64,000 bases of DNA, taken from assembly GCA_963803435.1 (NCBI GenBank), contig CAWDML010000004.1, positions 160,001-224,000 on the forward strand, written 5' to 3'. The DNA is from an uncultured delta proteobacterium (GTDB lineage: Bacteria; Myxococcota; Kuafuiibacteriia; Kuafuiibacteriales; Kuafuiibacteriaceae). Under the pieces are notes generated by a model. The model was not told the DNA's origin and did no database searches. It saw only the letters and a list, made by a program, of their open reading frames with translations. Of this stretch, positions 29,950 through 40,000 are shown in pieces. The translations under genes and the position numbers were made by a program. Each line of letters opens with the position of its first letter. Positions within the stretch are counted from its first letter, which is position 1.

Positions 29950-30109
29950 GACCAACGGCGCGATCGAACGGTACCGATACGACGCGATGAGGCGTCACAC
30001 ACGAACCTCGCTCTGGCCGCTCGTCGGAGCGGTGGCGCTCATCGGTTTCATGGTGCTGCGCCGGTCCTGGCCCGACCTCCGGCGCTATCTCCGTATGAGC
30101 CGGATGTGA
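29939..30109 (+). CDS. Small membrane protein ending PDLRRYLRMSRM (DUF6893-like)
   Basis: AGGAG RBS, one TM helix, and a C-terminal motif I recall from small proteins next to 1h maturation proteases. Confidence 0.65.
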   Translation: MKHRTNGAIERYRYDAMRRHTRTSLWPLVGAVALIGFMVLRRSWPDLRRYLRMSRM

Positions 30110-30156
30110 GCGAACCTCCCGCTTGACTGCGCATCGCGCTCATCCGATAGGGCGCG

Positions 30157-30669
30157 ATGGCCAGAGGGCTCGCGCTTCTCCTCGCGATCGCGATCTTCGG
30201 TTGCGACCAAGCCGAGGAGGGATTGGACGCGGGTGTCACGGATGCCATCGCCTCGACCGACGCCGCGGAGCCCGACTCGGGCGTGACGCCGGACGCGGGC
30301 GTGGAGCCAGACTCGGGCGAGCCGCCGGACGCGGGCGACCTGCCGGACTCGGGCGTCGTCCCCGGCTTCGGTGATCCGTGCACGATCGGCGGCGTGACGC
30401 CGTGTCCCGGCGATCTGATCTGCCTGTCTCCCATCGGGAACGATGGCTTCTGCAGCGCGAATTGCCCGGTGCAGGGGCGCCGATGCCAGGGCACACCACC
30501 CGGGACCTACGCTGCCTGCGTGATTGGTGAGGCCGGCACCCCCAACGGGATGAAGGCCTGCGCTTTCCTCTGCGAGCTCAGCGGGATGACGTTCACGTGC
30601 CCGGGCACGCTCACCTGCGAGGCCCTCGAGGATCCACCCGGCAGCGGACAGCACCTCTGCCTGCCGTGA
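30157..30669 (+). CDS. Cys-rich lipoprotein
   Basis: Lipobox IFGC, PDSG/PDAG linker repeats and a Cys-rich C-terminal domain. Confidence 0.75.
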   Translation: MARGLALLLAIAIFGCDQAEEGLDAGVTDAIASTDAAEPDSGVTPDAGVEPDSGEPPDAGDLPDSGVVPGFGDPCTIGGVTPCPGDLICLSPIGNDGFCSANCPVQGRRCQGTPPGTYAACVIGEAGTPNGMKACAFLCELSGMTFTCPGTLTCEALEDPPGSGQHLCLP

Positions 30670-30676
30670 GTGGGAT

Positions 30677-30746
30677 CTAGGAGCGTGTAGCGCGTAAGCG
30701 CTCACGCGAGCCCGGTCCGGGTCCCGGTCCCGGTCCGGGTCCCGAT
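30677..30746 (+). repeat. Left inverted-repeat arm (70 bp, CC[C/G]GGT hexamers)
   Basis: Matches the reverse complement of 31614-31682 with 5 substitutions and 1 indel; begins with CTAG. Confidence 0.92.
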
Positions 30747-30766
30747 CTGAAGATGGCTGCCTTGAG

Positions 30767-31205
30767 TCAGACGCTCGCGACGGTCGCGAGCTTCGATCGG
30801 TAGAGCTTGAGCAGGTTGAGGGTGAGGCAGACGAGCGTCCACTCGGCTCGTACCTTGAAGAAGGAGCGGAGCGAGAACCGGCGGAATCCTCGTGCCCCTT
30901 TGATTTGTCCGAGCGCCGGTTCGACGATACTCTTCCTGCGGGCGTAGACCGCCTTGCCGTCGCGCGTTTGCAACTTGTCTCGCATTCGCTTGCGAGCGAG
31001 CGAGGCAAGCTTCAGGACTTCGAGGAAGAGCGCTTTCAGTGCCTCCAGGTGGACGAGCCGAAACTCGTTGATTGTCGTGAAGTGGGGATGACTTTCTCCA
31101 GCCAGCACCCGGAATGGAATGTCTTCAGCTCTACCTCATCGACGACGTCCAAGACGAAGTACGCGAGATGATTTTCTGGGAGCCAACCTCCAAGAACTTC
31201 TGCTG
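30767..31205 (-). pseudogene. Internally deleted IS1182-family transposase relic
   Basis: Three collinear pieces: WLPENHLAYFVLDVVDE (~31185-31110), AGESHPHFTTINEFR, and YARRKSIVEPALGQIKGARGFRRFSLR..VRAEW.L...NL.KL. Most of the DDE core is missing. Confidence 0.85.
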
Positions 31206-31239
31206 GTCAAAGTGGACGAGCTACCGCAAGCTAGCTTGC

Positions 31240-31608
31240 ATGGTCACTTTCGATCACGAGAAGCTCGAGGTCTACCAGCTCGCCGTCGAGTATGCCGACT
31301 TCGCTGAAGAGATCGCACAAGAACTGCAACCCGGTCACGCTCACGTCCGCGATCAGCTTCGGCGGGCATCCGATTCCATCGTGAACAACACCGCCGAGGG
31401 CGCCGGAGAGTTCAATCCACCTGAGAAGGCTCGCTTCTACCGGATGGCACTTCGCTCTGGCACCGAAAGCGCCGCCTCACTCCACACCTGCTTGAGGCGC
31501 CGACTCCCCAACGAGCAGAAGGTCCAAGCCGCCAGAGCCAAGCTCAAAAGCGTTGTCGAGATGCTCACGCGCCTCATCAAGTCGATGAACGCACGCCGGG
31601 CTGCATGA
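31240..31608 (+). CDS. Four-helix-bundle protein (23S rRNA IVP-like / TIGR02436-type)
   Basis: FDHEKLEVYQLA, DQLRRASDSIVNNTAEG and RFYRMALRSGTE. Confidence 0.9.
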   Translation: MVTFDHEKLEVYQLAVEYADFAEEIAQELQPGHAHVRDQLRRASDSIVNNTAEGAGEFNPPEKARFYRMALRSGTESAASLHTCLRRRLPNEQKVQAARAKLKSVVEMLTRLIKSMNARRAA

Positions 31609-31613
31609 TCGCC

Positions 31614-31682
31614 ATCGGGACCGGGACCGGGACCGGGACCCGGACCGGGCTCGCGGTAGCGCTACGCTCTACGCGCTCCTAG
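31614..31682 (-). repeat. Right inverted-repeat arm (69 bp, ACC[C/G]GG hexamers)
   Basis: Reverse complement of 30677-30746. Its terminal CTAG overlaps the TAG stop of the adjacent kinase. Confidence 0.92.
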
Positions 31683-33160
31683 CGCGAGGCCTGACCGAGC
31701 TTCTGGAACCGCTGCAAGCAGATCTCGAGCTCCTTCGCGTCGGCGCGCATCGCACTCATCGTCGCGCAGCGCTTGAGGTCGACGCGGGCGTCGTGGTCGG
31801 GGAGGGCCTCGGCCTTCTCCTCGAGGAGCCGGGCGACGCGGGTGACGGCGCTCGGATTGGAGGGATCGGCGGCGAGCATCGCCCGCAGCGGCGCGGCCGG
31901 GTCGCTCTCGACCGGCGGCCTGGGCGGCGGCTTGGGCGTGGGATGCTTCGAGCGCGGCTCGACGGGCGGGCGCGCCGGCGGTTCGGCCGGCGGAGGCAGC
32001 GTCGCGGGCTCCGGCGGAGGTGGTTCGCGCTCGAGCTCGCGCGGGCGCACGGAGGGTGCCGGAGCCGGGGCGGGCGCCTCGGTGTTGCCGTCGATCGCGA
32101 CCACCTCGACCGGCGTGGGCGAGAGCATGCGGTCGGTGACGATGGCTGTGATCGCGACGATCCCTGCGAGCAGGGCGGCGCCCGTCGGCCACCGCTTCGG
32201 CGTCGACACGAGCACCGCCGAGGTGGCCTCGGGGCGAGGCAGGACCGCGGTGTGTGCGGCCGGTGCCGGCGGCTCGAGGGCGCGGTCCAGGGCCTCCATC
32301 ATCTCGAGGGCGCTCGAGTATCGCTCCTCCTTCTCGCGGTGGAGCGCGCGGAGGACCACGGCGTCCAGCTCGGGGCCGACCTCGCTGCGAAACCGGGAGG
32401 GGAGCGGCCGCGGCTCGACGGCGATCCTGTGGGTGACGGCGTACGGGCTGTTCTGATCCACCATCGGAACCGAGGTCACCGCGAGCGAGATCGGGAAGCC
32501 GTCCTGCCCGATCAGGAACGGCCTGCGGCTGGTGAGCATCTCGAACAGCAAGACGCCGAGGGCGTAGATGTCCGTTCGCTGATCGACGATCTCACCCATC
32601 AACTGCTCGGGAGACATGTAGGTCAGCGTGCCGAGCCGCCGCCCGATGGTGGTCTGATCGCTCTCCGGCAGCGCGATCTTGGCGATGCCGAAGTCGAGGA
32701 TCTTCACGGTGGGCCCGCGCTCCCCCCGCGAGACCATCACGTTGGACGGTTTGAGATCGCGATGCACGATCGAGCGCGCGTGGGCGGCCTCCAGACCGCT
32801 GGCCACCTGCGAGACCACCGCCCGCACCTCCTCGATCGGACAGTGTCGCGTGGACTTGGCGAGGTCGTGGATCTCCTCGTAGAGGGTGCGCCCCTCCGCG
32901 AGCTCCATCGCGAGGAAGCGGTACCAGCCGTCGTTCCCCGACGTGATCGCGCGAGCGATGTTGGGATGATCGAGCGCCTCGAGGACCTTGGCCTCCCGGA
33001 GGAAGCGCTCCAGGACCATGGGCTTGTTCGCCAGCTCCTCGCGGAGAACCTTGATCGCGACCTTGTTCTGGGTGTGCTCGTCGAGGGCGAGCCACACCGT
33101 TCCGAAGGTTCCCTCGCCGAGCTTCTGCTCGAGCCGGAAGCGGCCACCGAACAGGACCAA
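31679..33160 (-). CDS. Membrane Ser/Thr protein kinase
   Basis: GEGTFGTVW, VAIK, HRDLKPSN, DFG and GTLTYMSPE, then a TM helix and Pro-rich region. Confidence 0.92.
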   Translation of the reverse strand: MVLFGGRFRLEQKLGEGTFGTVWLALDEHTQNKVAIKVLREELANKPMVLERFLREAKVLEALDHPNIARAITSGNDGWYRFLAMELAEGRTLYEEIHDLAKSTRHCPIEEVRAVVSQVASGLEAAHARSIVHRDLKPSNVMVSRGERGPTVKILDFGIAKIALPESDQTTIGRRLGTLTYMSPEQLMGEIVDQRTDIYALGVLLFEMLTSRRPFLIGQDGFPISLAVTSVPMVDQNSPYAVTHRIAVEPRPLPSRFRSEVGPELDAVVLRALHREKEERYSSALEMMEALDRALEPPAPAAHTAVLPRPEATSAVLVSTPKRWPTGAALLAGIVAITAIVTDRMLSPTPVEVVAIDGNTEAPAPAPAPSVRPRELEREPPPPEPATLPPPAEPPARPPVEPRSKHPTPKPPPRPPVESDPAAPLRAMLAADPSNPSAVTRVARLLEEKAEALPDHDARVDLKRCATMSAMRADAKELEICLQRFQKLGQASR

Positions 33161-33178
33161 GTCGCCATCATAGCGTAG

Positions 33179-34360
33179 CTACAACGCGGAGCTGATCCCG
33201 TATGTGGCAGCTCCGAGTCCCACCCCGGCGACCAGCGACAGCCAGAAGGCGAGCTCACTGTCGGGGAACAGCACCGATCCGATCGACCAGAGGGCGCCGC
33301 TGAGGGCGACGCTGTACCCGAGCGGCAGGAGGAGGAGCCCGCCGTTCGCGCACTCCGAGGAGCGCTCATGCGCCAGATCGCAGGTGCCGGCCAGGCGGGA
33401 GGTTCGCTGCTCGGTGCAGTCCGCGCCGACGCACGGCGTGACGACGTCCCGGTCCGGCGCCAGCCCGATCCCGACCGCAGAGATCGCGATCCCCACCGCC
33501 GCGATCGCCACGCCCCCGAAGAGCCCGACCTTCATCCGCGTTCGATCCGGCGCGACCGCTGGTGGTGGGATCCGGACCTCTACCGGCGTCTGCGGGCGGA
33601 CCATCACGGCTTCGGTGAGCAGCTCCTCGTGGCGCTCCGGATCGCGGATCGAGACCCGGCGCGCCCCCGGGGCGAGGGCTTCGAGCCGCGTCGTACCCGG
33701 CCCCGTGATCCCCACCAGCGCGTCGTCGATCGCGATCTCGAGGCCGGCTCGGCCGCCGGCGATCGTGATCGCCCCTGCGGGCTCGGCGACTCCGTGCTCC
33801 GCGAAGGCCCCCGCGAAGTCGCCGGCGAGGAAGCGATCGAGCAGCTGGAGGAGCTCCGCGTCGTCGTCCAGGCGCGACGTCGTTCCCCGCGCGGTGATGA
33901 CGCTCTCGAAGATCCGGTTCTCGACGGAGGCGACCGAACCGGCCGGCTCGTCGAGAGCGCGATCGATGATCTTCCCGGCGCGCTCGAGATCGACGAGGAC
34001 CCCAGCGACCTCCACGGTTCCCTCCTTGGACTCCACCAGCGACATCACCAAAAGGAACATCGGCGCCTCGGCGGGGCGGGTCCGGCGCGCCTCCTCGACC
34101 CAGCAGGTGAGACGTCGATCGAGCTCGCACTCGAGCAGCCGCGAGGTGTCGATCCCGAGCTGCTCGGGAGAGCGGAGCTCGAGGCGCGAGCGGTGCTGGA
34201 GCGCTTCGGCGGCGACCCGGTACAGCCGTGTGGTGGCGATTGGGACGCGCACGCCCTTCGGCGTCATCTCCATCATCAAGAGTGGGGCGCGCTCGTCGAC
34301 GTCGATGATGCGCGGCGACGGCTCTCCGATGAGCGCCAGGAGGAGGGCCGCCGCGATCAT
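33179..34360 (-). CDS. Exported/membrane protein with PEGA-like domain
   Basis: Signal peptide, G.LEIAIDD.LVGIT...L.PG.RRVSI (PEGA-like) and C-terminal hydrophobic helices. Confidence 0.65.
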   Translation of the reverse strand: MIAAALLLALIGEPSPRIIDVDERAPLLMMEMTPKGVRVPIATTRLYRVAAEALQHRSRLELRSPEQLGIDTSRLLECELDRRLTCWVEEARRTRPAEAPMFLLVMSLVESKEGTVEVAGVLVDLERAGKIIDRALDEPAGSVASVENRIFESVITARGTTSRLDDDAELLQLLDRFLAGDFAGAFAEHGVAEPAGAITIAGGRAGLEIAIDDALVGITGPGTTRLEALAPGARRVSIRDPERHEELLTEAVMVRPQTPVEVRIPPPAVAPDRTRMKVGLFGGVAIAAVGIAISAVGIGLAPDRDVVTPCVGADCTEQRTSRLAGTCDLAHERSSECANGGLLLLPLGYSVALSGALWSIGSVLFPDSELAFWLSLVAGVGLGAATYGISSAL

Positions 34361-37030
34361 CTCCGCGCTCCGTGGAGGAGACGGCCGGAGGAGCTCGCCA
34401 CGAAAACCTCACCCCACGGCGCCTGGAACGCGTCGAGGAGCGGTTCGGGAAAGCGGTAGCGAGCGAGGTTGCCGAGGCGCTGGATCGAGCCGCCGGGAAA
34501 GGTTCCTGCGTTGAAGACCTCGAAGATGCCGTCACGATCGCCGGCGATCGACACCGGGTTGCCGGAGAAGACGTCGGTCGAGGCGATCGCGTCGGGTGCA
34601 TCTCTGAGACAGCGATCGAGGTAAGGCTCGGAGCAGACGTCGCCGGGCGCGTCGGTCGTCAGCTCCCAGGTCAGGCCTCGCTCGTTGTAGATGTTCTGGA
34701 GCGGACGTCCGCCGATCAGCACGTCGTCCGAGCACACCGCAAGCACCGAGGAGAGGAGGGGCTTCCTTCCCCCGTCGACCTCGTCGAAGAGGGACTGGCT
34801 CGACCGATCGATGATGATGCGCTGGGCGCGCGGCGGGGTGGAGAAGGGATTGAGATTGAAGAGCAGCCCCGCACATCCGGAGATGAACGTGCGCCCCCCG
34901 GCCGAGGAGATGCTCTTCAGCGGGCCGCCCGTGTAGGAGGGCTCGCAGGGGAGATTGTCGAACGACACGTCGGGCTCGGTCTCCTCGGTGGACGGATCGT
35001 CGAAGTCGATCTCGGCGGTCTGGAGCCTGTCACCATCGAGCACCAGGATCCGACCGTCGAAGGTCAGCATCGCGAAACGTCCGGGTCCGAGCGTGGACAT
35101 GCGCCGCACGTCGCCCGCGTCGAGGTCGGGCTGCTCGATCAGCGTCGAGCCCAGGGGCTCGGTCCGTGCCAGGCTGGCGCTCCTCGGGTGCTCGACGGCG
35201 ACGAGGAGCGAGCCGTCGCGGGGATTGGCCGCGACCGCGCTGATCGAATCGCGGGGCTCGAGCGGCGTGAGCCGGCGCTCCTCACCGCTGCCGTCGGCGC
35301 GCCGGACCTGGACGAGCCCGTTGACGTGGATGATCTCGACCTCGTCGCCGCGCACCACGAACCCGGCGACCCGTCCCGATCGCAGCGTCGGATCTCCGAA
35401 CCTGGGGACGAACGACGTCGTGCCGGCGCGACGGAAGAAGACCTCGACCGGGACCTCGCCGGTCCACGCCACGGTGTGCCCGAACGCGGTCGATGCTCCG
35501 CCGATCGGTATGGTGGTCTGTGGGGGCTGGAATGCCTCCGTGATCTGGACCTCGCCGGTCCGATCGATCGCGACGCTGTGGCCACTGGCGAGCGTCATCC
35601 TCAGGCGTCCGTCCGGATCGGTCACGAACGGCCGGCACGTCTGTGGCGCCGTCTCGATCTCGACGAGCGCCGGCGGTGCGCGCGTGCTGGTCACCACCGC
35701 TCGATCGATCCGCGTCATCATCACGTGGGTGGCTTCGGTCTGGACGCACGCGACCAGAAAGCTCCCGACAGCGCCGACCGACCGCAGATCGCCCGGTGGG
35801 ATCGGGATGACCGTGCCGTTCAGGGCGACGAGGTGGAGCGCGAAGGCACGCCAGTGCAGGCTGGTTCCGACGACCACTCCCGCCTGATCCTCGTCGTCCG
35901 CGCGCTCGGTCTGGGTGGGAGCGGCCGCGATCGCCGACTGCGGCGGAAGCCCCTCGAACACCACGAGCCCGGTGAGCGCGCCGAGCACCAACGCACCGTC
36001 CTCGAGGATCGTCGCGTCCTCGAACTGACGGCCGAGGAACAGGAGCTGCGGTGGCGTGAAGGTCTTGCACCCGAGGGGCGGGGCGCCCTCGCACAGCTCG
36101 CCGCGCGGAGTCCGCCGGTCAGCCTCGCCGAGCAAGAGCATCCGGCCGTCGGGGAGCGGGAGGACGTGACGCTGGCCGGGATCGATCTCTGCGCCCCCGA
36201 TCCGATCGAGATCGAGATCGAGGACCTTGGTCTCGGTCCCGTCGCCCGACTGCGTGACGGCCCAGAACGTGTCGCGCCTGCTTCCGGCGGCCGAAAGGAT
36301 CGTGTCGTCAAATGGGCTGTCGGCTCCCTCCCTCACCGTCCGCACCGTGCCGTCCACCTCGAAGACGACGGAGTGGTGCTCACCGAAGAGTCCGAGGGTG
36401 CCCGAGGAGGTGACCGCCACCTGCTCGTGCGGCCAGGAGGAGGGACCGTCCATCGGCTCGAAGCTGGGGAGCTGCCCCTCCGGGATCCGCTCGATACTTC
36501 GAGCACGCGCACGGACCGGAGAGACCGATCCGCAGGCGCGACACGATCACCTCCGGCTCCCCGTCGCCGGCGTGCTCCGCGAAGCGTGGAAGCGCGCAGA
36601 GATCGCCGTCCTGAACCACCTGAGGGGGCGAATAGGTCGAGCCGCCGCAGCGCCCGCACGCGCCGTAACCTGTCGCCTCCGCACGCTTCGGATCGTAGAC
36701 GCGTAGGCGCGAGAGCAGGCCGCTCGAGAAGCTCTCGCCGTCGAGCGTGCGAAGGTCGCCGTCACGGATGAGGAGGAAGTGCGCCTCGGCGCCGGAGGGC
36801 CGCGAGAGGCTCGGCGGGGGCTCGCCCGCGAGGAACGTCTCGACCTGCAGGATCTCGCCCGAGCCCGAGGCGACCGCAGCGATCACGAGGTCATCCGGTC
36901 CGGCGTCTTCGAAGATCGGCGCCGTGATGCGATCGACGCAGCCGGCGCCGAGCGCGCAGGCCATGACCACCGGGAGCAGCCGCGCCTGCGACTTCAGCCG
37001 CGCTCGCTCCCCGCCGCGGCACTGCATCAC
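34357..37030 (-). CDS. Large lipoprotein, probable beta-propeller (apparent frameshift near 36496)
   Basis: Lipobox LGAGC in ORF 36380..37030. Removing one A at GATAC 36493-36497 fuses it to ORF 34357..36453 (CSKIERIPEGQLPSFEPMDG). Confidence 0.7.
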
Positions 37031-40000
37031 GAAGGTCCGAGCTGCGGGGACCGATCCTCCGGCTCCGCCGCCGTCAGGGCCGCCGCGCGCGCCAGCAACG
37101 CGTGGAGGCCCTCGAGGTCATCGTGGTGGCCGAGCTCCGCCGGGACCTCGCCGTTCTGGATCGCGCCGAGGGCTCGACGAACCTGGAGCGCGCGCCGCTG
37201 AGCGTCGAGGAACGCCGGCCGCCCCCGCAGGAGATCGAACACCAGCAGGCCCAGCGCGTAGGCGTCGGTGCGCTGATCGATCCCCGCCCGCGCCATCTGC
37301 TCCGGAGCGGCGTAGAGCGGGGCCCCCTCGAATCCGAGGGTCGCGGTTCGGCTCGCCTCCAGCTGTCGCGCCACCCCGAAGTCCGCGATCTTCGGTCGTC
37401 CGTCTCGATCGAAGAGCACGTTGGAGGGCTTGAGATCGCGGTGGACGATCCCGTGCGCATGGACGTGGGCGAGCGCGTCGGCCAGCGCGCCCCAGGTGGC
37501 GCGGACCTCGTCGAGCTGCGGCGGCGGGGAGCGCATCAACCGATCGGAGAGGCTGCCGCCTTCGAGCAGCTCCATGACCAGGAAGCAGGTCGACTCGTCG
37601 TCCATGGTCCCATAGTCGAAGACGCGCGCGATGCCCGGGTGGCTGGAGAGCTGCTCCATGATCCGCGCTTCCTGGTGGAGCCGCCGCATCAAGCTGCGGT
37701 CCGACTCCACCAGCTCCGGCTTCAGCACCTTGACGGCGCGGGGCGAGCCCAGCTCGGGATGGCGGGCCCGGAAGACGATGCCCATCGAGCCGCTCCCAAT
37801 CTCCTCCTCGAGCACGTAGCGTCCCAGGACGTCGCCGCGGGCCACCGGCGCGTCGCCTGCCCACCAGCGCTCCGCCTCCGCCAGCTCCGACCCGAGCTCC
37901 TCCGACAGGTACAGATCCTCGCGCGCGGCCAGGAGGTCCGCGAAGGCGGCGGCGCCGTTCGGTCCCTCGGGCTTCTCCACGTGCCGATGTCCGGACGCCT
38001 GATCGAGGTATTCGATGCGCCCGTCCTTCCTCACCGAGGCGATCACGAACGCATGCGGGACGCCGCACTCACACCGCCGCACGGCGATGAACGGATCGAG
38101 GAGGAGGCGCCGCGAGAAGTCCTGGGTGGCCAGGAACACCACGTCCGACGGCGGGGGCCGGAACACCACCAGGCTACGCCGCTCCGACTCGACGGCGCTG
38201 CCGTGCAGATCCTCCACCTCGAGCTCGAGCGAGCCGTCCCGGCGGGTGCGCTGGCCGACGGCGCGCAGCAGCGGGCGCCGCGTCAGAAAAGCGATCGCGG
38301 CGAGCAGTGTTCGCACCTCGCGGTCGACCTCGCCGACGATCGTCTCGGCCTTGGTGCCGTGGTGGAGCACTCCGTTTCTGAGCTCGACGATCCGATCGAG
38401 CGCGTCGCGACCCGACGGCTCGGAGCCGAAGAAGAAGTCCAGCAGCTCCGGCACGAACGGCTCGGCGGAGCGCTGGCCGATCGCGCGAGAGACCTCCCGC
38501 GCGATCGCGACCCACATCCCGAAGGAGAGCCGGCGATTCATCTCGCTCAGCTCCGCCTCGGCCCGATCGTTCTTTTCAGTGGAAGAGAGATAGTCCGCCA
38601 TCGCCACCGCGGCCAGCATCCTGGCGATCGACTCTGCGAGCATGAAGCCGAGCAGCGTCTTCTCGGTCTTCTCGCGCGCGATCCGGAACGCGCGTAAGGA
38701 TTGTCCGATCGGCTTCGGCAGCTTGCGCTCGAGACCGGCCAGCGTGGCGCTCTGGGTGCGGCGCTCGGCGGCGCGTCGGACCTCGTAGCGTGCTCGTGCC
38801 TCGTCGAGGACGCGGCGCGCCTCCTCGGCGTTCCTCGGCCTCGCCCGCGGATCGACGGCGAGCAGCGAGCGGAGCGCCCGCGCCAGCTCGGGCCCGACGT
38901 GCTCGCGGATCTCGTCGAGCGCCGTACCGATCGCGTTGTCGAAGCCGCCCACCGGGATCAGCGTCTCCTCGACCCGCCGCGGGAAGAGCCGGCGACCCAG
39001 GGCCAGCTCGGCGAGGAGGACCCCGGCGGCGAACAGAATCGGAGGCAGGCTCGGGCGCACGGCCGTCGGCGACCTCGGGGGCCGCGTAGCCGGCGGTTCC
39101 GAACCCCGAGACGGCGCTCCGCACGACGCCCGGGCTCGCCACGTCGAGCAGCACCGGGCCCCGGCCCTCGACGAACAGCACGTTGCGGCCGGACAGATCG
39201 CCGAGCACGCCGAAGTACCGGTGCACGGTCCCGATGCCGTCGACCAGCGCCCGCCCCAGCTCGACCAGCCGCGCCGGGTCGACGAGCGGTCCCGCCTGGA
39301 TCTGTTCCATCCACGTCGGCGCGTCGACCTCCTCGAAGACGACGTACGGCCGCGCCGCGCCGCGCACCAGCACCTCCGCGTCGAGCACGCCGGCGAAGGC
39401 TGGGCTGGCGGCGCACGCGGTGATCCCGACCCGAAACTCGCGCCAGGCCGCGCCGTAGGGATCGACGCGATCGTCGTACCAGAGCTTCATCACCCCGAGC
39501 TGTCCGCTGGAGTTGATCACGCGATAGAGCTCGGCCTCGCCGCCGAAGTGGAGGTGGGTCTCGACGCGCCAAAGGCTGATCCGATCGCCGGGAGAGAGCG
39601 TCGGCTCGCGAGGCGTGCCGAGCGGCTTGCCCTCCACCTCAGGGATGTGAACCGGCGCCGGCGCCCCCGTCAGCTGCCGCTCGACTGCGCGCCGCCAGTC
39701 GGGATCGAGCATCGCCAGCATCTCGGCCTCGATCTCGGCGGGCGGACGCGCACGGAACACCGGGTCGCGCGCGACCATCGCGTCGACGAAGCGCGCCAGC
39801 TGCTCGTCGACGGCGGGCGCATATCGGCGTGTTGGAGGCGGGTCCTCCGAGACCCGGCGAAAGAGAATCCCGAGCAGCGCCTGGTGGTCATGGCCGAACG
39901 GAGGGTGTCCGGTCAGCAGCGCCGACAGCAGCGCGCCGGCCCGATACCCGGCGTCGTGCTGAGCGTTTCTTCCCTTCACCATGCCGGGCGAGAAGTAGCC

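Larger units (their letters stand above)
30677..31682. mobile_element. Putative IR-bounded element carrying a four-helix-bundle gene and an IS1182 relic
   Basis: Long imperfect terminal IRs, CTAG at both ends, lower-GC interior, located between convergent genes. Confidence 0.6.

Noticed and set aside
31114-31239. N-terminal extension of the four-helix-bundle ORF (164-aa version)
   Set aside because: This stretch is the antisense of the IS1182 N-terminal relic; family similarity starts at ATG 31240.
31240-31608. Diversity-generating retroelement or rRNA intervening sequence
   Set aside because: The protein is Avd/IVP-like, but no reverse transcriptase, TR/VR pair or rRNA sequence is visible in the window.
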